Source: Octopus bimaculoides
Taxonomy: Eukaryota
DNA length: 64,000 nt
Reading direction: 5' to 3'
NCBI RefSeq assembly: GCF_001194135.2
Contig: NC_068992.1
Span: 64,935,413-64,999,412, forward strand
Shown here: piece after piece, positions 56,727-64,000 of the stretch
Numbering within the stretch: the first letter of the stretch is position 1
How the letters are laid out: the number at the start of each line of letters is the position of its first letter
Translations under genes and position numbers: made by a program
Notes under the pieces: model-generated
Databases searched by the model: none
What the model saw: only the letters and a program-made list of their open reading frames with translations
Told to the model about the DNA's origin: nothing

Positions 56727-56930
56727 ATGTGGTGCGTGTGTGCGTGTAGGTGTGTGTGCATCTCCCACTCTCTCTCTCTAAGTATATACATATATGTGTT
56801 TATGCGTGTAGGTGTGTATGTGTTTGTGTGTGTATCTATCTTTCACTTAGTCTATATATATATACGTGTGTGCGTGCGTGTAGGTGTGTGTGTGTGTGTG
56901 TGTATGAGTATAAATCTAAGTATATAATAC
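56494..56930. repeat. Higher-order repeat built from microsatellite blocks, about 6 units of 62-99 nt
   Basis: Unit is (TA)n-(TG)n-TAGG-(TG)n-TA-(TC)n-[TTAGTC or TAAG]. Junction words at about 56547, 56609, 56679, 56778, 56846 and 56916. Confidence 0.8.
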
Positions 56931-57086
56931 ACATGAAAGTAAATATATAATTCTACATAATTAGAATATAAATGGATGCTTTATATCGATTATATATACA
57001 TATTTCATTAACTTAATGAAGATTTACAATCTCTATCAGACTATATATAGATATACGCAAAAACAGCCGCATTGACACGTACAAAC

Positions 57087-57174
<88 letters not shown>

Positions 57175-57458
57175 ACACTACAGTACAAATACAGATTCAT
57201 AGTCACGATTCCCCTGTTAATACTATCGTACACGATTTCTATACACACATATATTTATGGAAGCCACGCTGTGCTGCTAATTCTGTTTCTTATTCCCGAC
57301 CAATCACAGCGTGTTTATATTTTCGAGATGAAACTGTAGACTTCTACATCGCAGCACTGCGTGCACACTCTGCCAGTTAAGTGGTCTTTGACAAGTTTCT
57401 AAGGAGGGGCCAAAACTGGCTGTTTGCATTGTCACTTATAGTCGATGTAGCCACCGGA

Positions 57459-57527
<69 letters not shown>

Positions 57528-57556
57528 GTCTATCTGTTTATTTGTCTGTCAGTCAA

Positions 57557-57592
<36 letters not shown>

Positions 57593-57595
57593 TCT

Positions 57596-57915
57596 AGAAT
57601 GGGCGGTAGTGGCAGACCGGTACTTTTTCGCAGGAATCTGGATTTCGAAGTAAAGACAACATTAGTAGACCCGGAGGGTGGACTGGTCGTCTTGGATGTC
57701 AACGGCATCAATGGGTGCGCTTTTCGACTCGTATCAGTCTGACCTGTTAAAGGCGGTACGCCTTTAACAGGTCAGCCGGATTTCTTTCGACGTCTAGAAG
57801 TATTCCTAGGAACGTCACGTCTTTTACTTTCAGTGGGGGATTGGAATGCTACCTTGGACACACATGTAGACTACGTGGGCAGAGATAGGAATAGACGGGG
57901 ATGCAAATGTTCTCG
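57596..57915 (+). mobile_element. Tx1/L1-like LINE APE-type endonuclease fragment, decayed
   Basis: [47 protein letters not shown]...GQPDFFRRLEVFLGTSRLLLSVGDWNATLD. The D.EG..V.LDV and GD(W/F)NA motifs are those of L1/Tx1 endonucleases. There is a stop at the expected VYAP motif. Confidence 0.85.
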
Positions 57916-58110
57916 AACAACTATGCCGTCCCGAGTCGACCTTGAGCGACTTCAACAAAACCAAAGCCGATAGCACTACCAGGCCAGGGATCTCTGGAAG
58001 TTGTCCACAGGTGTCGGCCCGAAAGTCGTCTTGTTGTGTACAAGGGAAGTAACAAGGTTTTGATATGTCGATATCGTACCCACGGATGATGGAGTAGGTT
58101 GGAAACGCGC
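57916..58110 (-). mobile_element. Probable Tx1-like LINE ORF2 C-terminal fragment, inverted relative to the endonuclease piece
   Basis: GC-rich block abutting the endonuclease fragment. One minus frame reads KTTFGPTPVDNFQRSLAW*CYR, which resembles the post-RT region of Tx1-type ORF2 as I recall it. Not database-verified. Confidence 0.5.
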
Positions 58111-58286
58111 TGTTTTCTAATTGGCAGAAAATTCTGAAAATTATCAAAGTCTCAACAACTTTTTCTGGAATAAATGAATAAGAAACTCGGATTCAGCATC
58201 AAACATTACATCTATATGATACATTATAAGTTTTGTTTTCAAACAATTGTAAGCAGTGACGAAAACCACAAAGATCCGGAGACCGT

Positions 58287-58391
<105 letters not shown>

Positions 58392-58741
58392 GCGCAATGG
58401 AAATCGAGTCATGAGATGTTGCTGGTTGTTGGTTTTTACAAATAGTCAATAAGTTTTTTGGTGTTCGGTATGTTTAAACTTTATCTGTTCTTTAATCATT
58501 ACAGTATTCGTTTTATCTTCCTTTAAGTTGTTCAATAGACACAACAAGTTATCGTGGTTCGAAGAACTAAGAATTTCAGGCATTTTCGGGCAGATGTGAG
58601 CCTCGAGATGAAGAAGCTTCGAAAATATGTCCAATGTTTCATAAACTATACGAGGATGAAAGTTATAGATAATATCACTATAGACAGGAAAACTGAGAGA
58701 CAGACAGGGAGATAGTTAGAGAGGTAGATAGACAGATAGAT

Positions 58742-58880
<139 letters not shown>

Positions 58881-61800
58881 GACAGACAAACAAATAAATA
58901 GACAGATCAATAGATAAAGAGAGAAAAGAAAATAGAGACAAAGAAATTCATTGATAGACAGGAAAATAGATGGATAGATAGGTGGATGAATAGCTTGCTA
59001 GATAGATAGATAGATAGACAGACAGAAAGATAAATAGGTAGATAGACAGATAGATAGATGGACAGATAGAAAGATATATAGGTAGACATGAATAAATATA
59101 GTTAGACAGGTAGGTAGTTGTAGAATGGTAGGAAGGGAGAGGAAGGGAGAGGAAGGGAGGAAGGAAGGGGCTAGGGAGGAAACAGTGAATAACATGGATG
59201 CGCAATGTTAATTTAACTGGAATTGTATGAATATATTGTGAATGTATCTCCGAATTGAATAAATGAAATGAGATGGGAATGAATAACTAAATCTAAAACC
59301 AGAAACAGGTCTGTGTTAGTAGTATGATGTAAAACAAGAAAACCGGACGTAAATACAGTTTTATAGCAGGCTTTAGGCTTCGCTCTATCGTCAATTCATG
59401 TTATTCTATGATTTTGCAGATCAATCTTCTTGTGTATAAGCGTGCATATAATGAACTAACGGGTGTAGATGCATGTTTGTGTGCAAATATTTACGTACGT
59501 GTCTGTATGTGATACCTGCATGGCGGTTTATGCGAGTTTGCGTCTTGTGTTGCGCATGTTTTATAACTGTTACAGCTCAAAGCAATTTCACACCTTAAGA
59601 GAATTGAAAAATTATGCAATAATCAGTTGGCCTTGCTAACATTTGGCTGCCGTATTACGAAAATCTAATTAATAATACGTAAAAGAATCGAAATACAAAG
59701 AATCTATATCTGTCAGAGCGAGAAATTCAGCAGTTTCACTTTCAAACCGATACGCAAAGAACAGCGTTGGAATGTTTCATGCATATTAATTTCAGAACGA
59801 ACCGAAAATAATCTGCTAACAAGAAGAATCACACCTTCCTTCACTAAAACCTTGACTTAACCTTGATATTCAATATTTTATGGTTGGCTAAATCCTGCAA
59901 GAATCAAACCAGAAGACTGCAAGTATGTTTGTACTTTATTTCTCTGCAAGATTATCCGCCAACTTGTTCATCTTTGCCAAGTTGGATCTTTTAATGTTCT
60001 TACGTCAGTTTGCAAATGTAATTTAATTAGTTCATCTTTTATTTTGTTTATTAAACCAAACAACGAGGAATAACTACAGTCGTATATCAACAATAATGGT
60101 ATAATAATAATAATAATACACTAATGCCTATTTTATTTAATTTTCACATTAACTACACTTCATTGGTTTCAAGAATTTCTTTTTAATTTTTGTTTATAAA
60201 TGTGTGATGGAGAGAAGAAAATCCAAGACACCTGACGAGAGCATTTAACTCAGTGGTAGATGATCTGGATGATCGTGGTGGAATTAATATCACTGAAATT
60301 GAGAGATGATTTCATGCTAATATAATAAACAAAGTGGATAGTTAAGTGGAATAAGATAAAACATAACCTAAGCTCTTTAATTTTGCAACATGGCTGCCGC
60401 TACTTCTTTTCAACACTTACTCTGATAATAATGTGACGACCACAAATTGAAAGTCCTTTCTCCTATCCTACCGCAATCTTCTGTCAATGTAAATGATTTA
60501 ATTCATAAAAGAAAATGCCCGTCACTATAGTACAACGGTAATTCCTCAGAAATAAAGTGTTTATTACTAGATTTTGATTCCAGTTTGGAAAGTGTTTCAC
60601 TTCCATTTGTGACTTACATTACGAAAGTCATAAACGTTAGAACGTTAATCAATCTCAACTATTATTGTGAAGTATTATATAACTATATAGACACAATTAT
60701 ATTACAATATATTCTCGATAGAAAAGTTATTCAGACTTAACTGCGATCCTAAAATCCCGATCAAAAGAAATTCCACGATTTAGACAAGTTTACCAATTCA
60801 AGTTAGTTTCTCTTATACTTTAGGAGCTGGTAAACTTACAGGAATATTTCAGGTTTGTAGTATATATTAGAAAATATCCGATAAACTATTTGAAATACGG
60901 TAAGTTAATATTTAGCTTAACGTGTCTTTTTATTAACACATATTACTGTAACCTCTGCGAGAATACCTCTTAACATTTGATTCCTTATATTCTATCCTTC
61001 GTTCTGCTTGCCTCACTTTGCCATTATCTTCCTCTAAAATCTTCCTCTATGCGGTCGCTCGACCTGATAGAAATATCAACCTGATATTCCTGAAATTACT
61101 CCTTACCTTTATTTTTTTTTTAATCAGTTAAGGTAGTCCTGGTTTAAGACCCATAAAAAATAGACAAGTCGCAGCTGGAGCAAAATTGAGCAGCATTTCT
61201 TTGATCAATTAGAATCAAACTGGAGTTGAACGACAGCAATGACAGTTCTAGAGTCCTTCAAGATTATATGGACCTATATTTAATGGTTAAAATGGTGGAT
61301 TACGCCTATGGAGGTAATAAGTGCAAACATTATAAATATGTTCTGTTCTGCAGCTATTCTTTAGCTTGTTTAAGCTAGACATTGCCGGGGAGTCAGTTGC
61401 AACGACTCGTGAGGTGAAATGCGTTCAAACCAGATTCGAAACTGAGATAGCGGGCGTTTGATATATAATTCTGTATTGCTTGCCTCAACATTATGTATTA
61501 TATTGGCCACTATAATGCAATATTAAGATTATATCAACATCATTCTCGGCAGAAAGAAAACAAAAACAAACTCGCATACAAAAATAATAAACCTATAATA
61601 GAGAATATTCAACAAAATTACTGTCTAATATATTGATTTTCTGTGTTTCGAAAAGTAGTTTTTGTTATTTTATAAATTCTTGTAGTGAAACAGGCCAAAC
61701 GGAAGACATAGCTCCAAAGAAAGATACAGATCAATAAAAGACACCAAACAGACAGGCTTCGTAATATGACAAAAGATATACAACTGTAAAACATTTCTTA

Positions 61801-64000
61801 CGGATATACCAAATATTGATCTCTTTCTTAGACACAAAAACACCACGTATATGGGAGGTGGCTGTATAACCGAATGAATCAATTGGAATATTATTGGTAC
61901 TTGATACATCGAAACCGAATAAATTTCAGAAATAGGCCTTTCGACGTTAGGTTTAGAAAAAAACAAACTAAACGATGAAAGTAAAGACGCTCTCACTGGC
62001 GTTGTAGGAGATGAGACGTGGTGGCAACCATGAACCTCCATTCGTTCTCTCAGACTCAAGGAGTTGATAGGGTTGATGTCCATTCTGAACATTTATTTAC
62101 ATATCTACTATCTGATGGAATGCCATGGGTAAGGAGAAAACCAAAACAGTTATACACCTAAAAAATATTTAATATCTTATGTTACGGCTCTTGGTTGCGA
62201 ACAGCTGAAGAACTTTATATCTGTCGATTGTTTCAACACTCACATTGATGAGTCCAGCCCCTTTTGTGCTGTCAATTGAAGCTTTAATTTCAATGTAGAT
62301 GAGAAGTGGACCCTTCTAAAACCAAAAAGCTTTATCCCCCATTGATGGATACTCCTGATCAAGAGAGGCATCTTTATTGACTTATTTATTTATAGACTGT
62401 CAGACGAAGTCGTCAAACCCCTCTTTCAAACCGGATGCGAATCCAGATTCAAATCCAAATGTACAGACTCGATTCAACCGGAAGAACCAAATGAGACACA
62501 AGAAGCAACGTTATCCTGAATATTTCTCTCGATAAAGCTGCTGTCTAAATAAGGGCAGAAACTCACTGAATTGATGTTTGTATGTTTTTTTTTATGCATC
62601 TAGTTAAACATTTCTATAAACCCAAATGAAATTAAATAAAGTGTAACATGCCGCAAGCTTTTCGAGCTGCGGTTGTTTGTGATTAGAGAAGTAAATAGAC
62701 CAGGTGTTGTAGACAAAGGCTTCTGTTGATTGGATGTATGTGGTTTATTTTGTTCTGGAAATTACAATAATGAACTTCCCCGTTCTGTATGGAGAGACAA
62801 AAACAAAATCCTTGTTATTTTGTGAAGTGAAGAAGTGTGTTTTCTTTGTTTTCTTATTTAGAATGGAAAATTGAAAAACCAGTTCTACCTAAACTGGTTT
62901 AAAATAGAGTCAATGATTAAAAAAATACAGTAAACTAATTGAAACAAATTTGAACATCATCCCCCATCTCATACCAACACCGTCCACCGCACACTAACAC
63001 CACCCCCAGCTCCAGCCCCACCACGACCTTTACAACCACCAGCACCACTGCTGCTGCTGCTACTAATGCTAGTACTACTACTACTATAATATAGAACAAT
63101 AGAACAAATGAGCCATTGACGAAACACCCACGCAGTTGGTTGTTTGTGTAGAAAAAGCTACCAAATATTCCTCTAGCGACACGCTAGTGTCTTACAAAAT
63201 ACAGGACATATATAGTCTAGGGTGGGACTACACTGTCCGAAAAAAATATGAGGGAGGCCAAATCAAAATTTTGAATGTATTTCAAAGCAGGTCAGCTAAA
63301 ACAGGACTGACGTGAGGCTAAATAACAACAGCATCAACTACTGTGAAAAGAAAAAGAACAAAAGGAAGCGCATACATTGATTTATTATCAATAAGACACT
63401 GAATCTAAACAATTCAATGGGGCGGGGAGATAAGAAGTAATATTATTTTCCTAAATTAACAGAAATTATCAGAGGCTTGAATGACGCGAAAAAGAATTTG
63501 GCTGAGGAATGAAACAGCATCATAGCCTCGACTTGGCACTAACTTATCTTGTGTTCTACATGGAAGAAATATAGATTTGGTTTCTTCTGGTTAACGCTAA
63601 ACTAATTAGAACGATAAAACTGTAATTGATTGATTTAAAACTAATATGATATTATTTGTCTATATTTTATCGATTCTTCTTAGGAAAGAAAACGAAGTTA
63701 ACCCAAGCGTAGGACAATACAAAATTATTGAACTGATGGAGTTTGTTGTTTGCCTTATGTAGGTCTCTGTCAGAAATTAGGTCTCTCAACACACGAAGAG
63801 TTATCAAGGACTTTAAGGAAATATAATCTTTATTAAGCTTAGGATATCGATCTTAATTCCTCCTCCTTCCTCCTCTGTAACTCCTTCGCCATTTGATTAT
63901 CCACTTCTATTTCCCAGCGTTTCCTTTTACCAGTATTCTCCAGCACCACCAGCATCAGCAGTAGCAACAGAACCACCACCACCACCACCACCACCATCAC

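Overview
Eukaryotic, AT-rich, extremely microsatellite-rich draft-assembly sequence with many N gaps. The SINE, RTE and Tx1 repeat types and the microsatellite load suggest a coleoid cephalopod, most likely Octopus (inference, not checked by search). The only host coding sequence I can support is two minus-strand exons of a nicotinic acetylcholine receptor (Cys-loop ligand-gated ion channel) subunit. One is a 242-nt exon at 19928-19687 (polar N-terminal extension, then EEQRL...RPVKNAS...QIFDM). The other is a canonical 45-nt exon at 11259-11215 (DEKNQVLVTNVWLDQ), which the ORF track misses. They are joined by an 8,427-nt GT-AG phase-0 intron. I could not find the next exon to the left, and the signal-peptide exon is unresolved, so most of the window is probably intronic or upstream of this gene. 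The rest is decayed mobile DNA: four SINE-like families, two RTE LINE 3' fragments, a rearranged Tx1/L1-like LINE and a mariner 3' end. Nearly all ORFs in the supplied track are translations of simple repeats or gaps. I see no clearly novel system. The best leads are the receptor's N-terminal extension, an antisense exon-like unit in its intron, and SINE copies that break at the same site.
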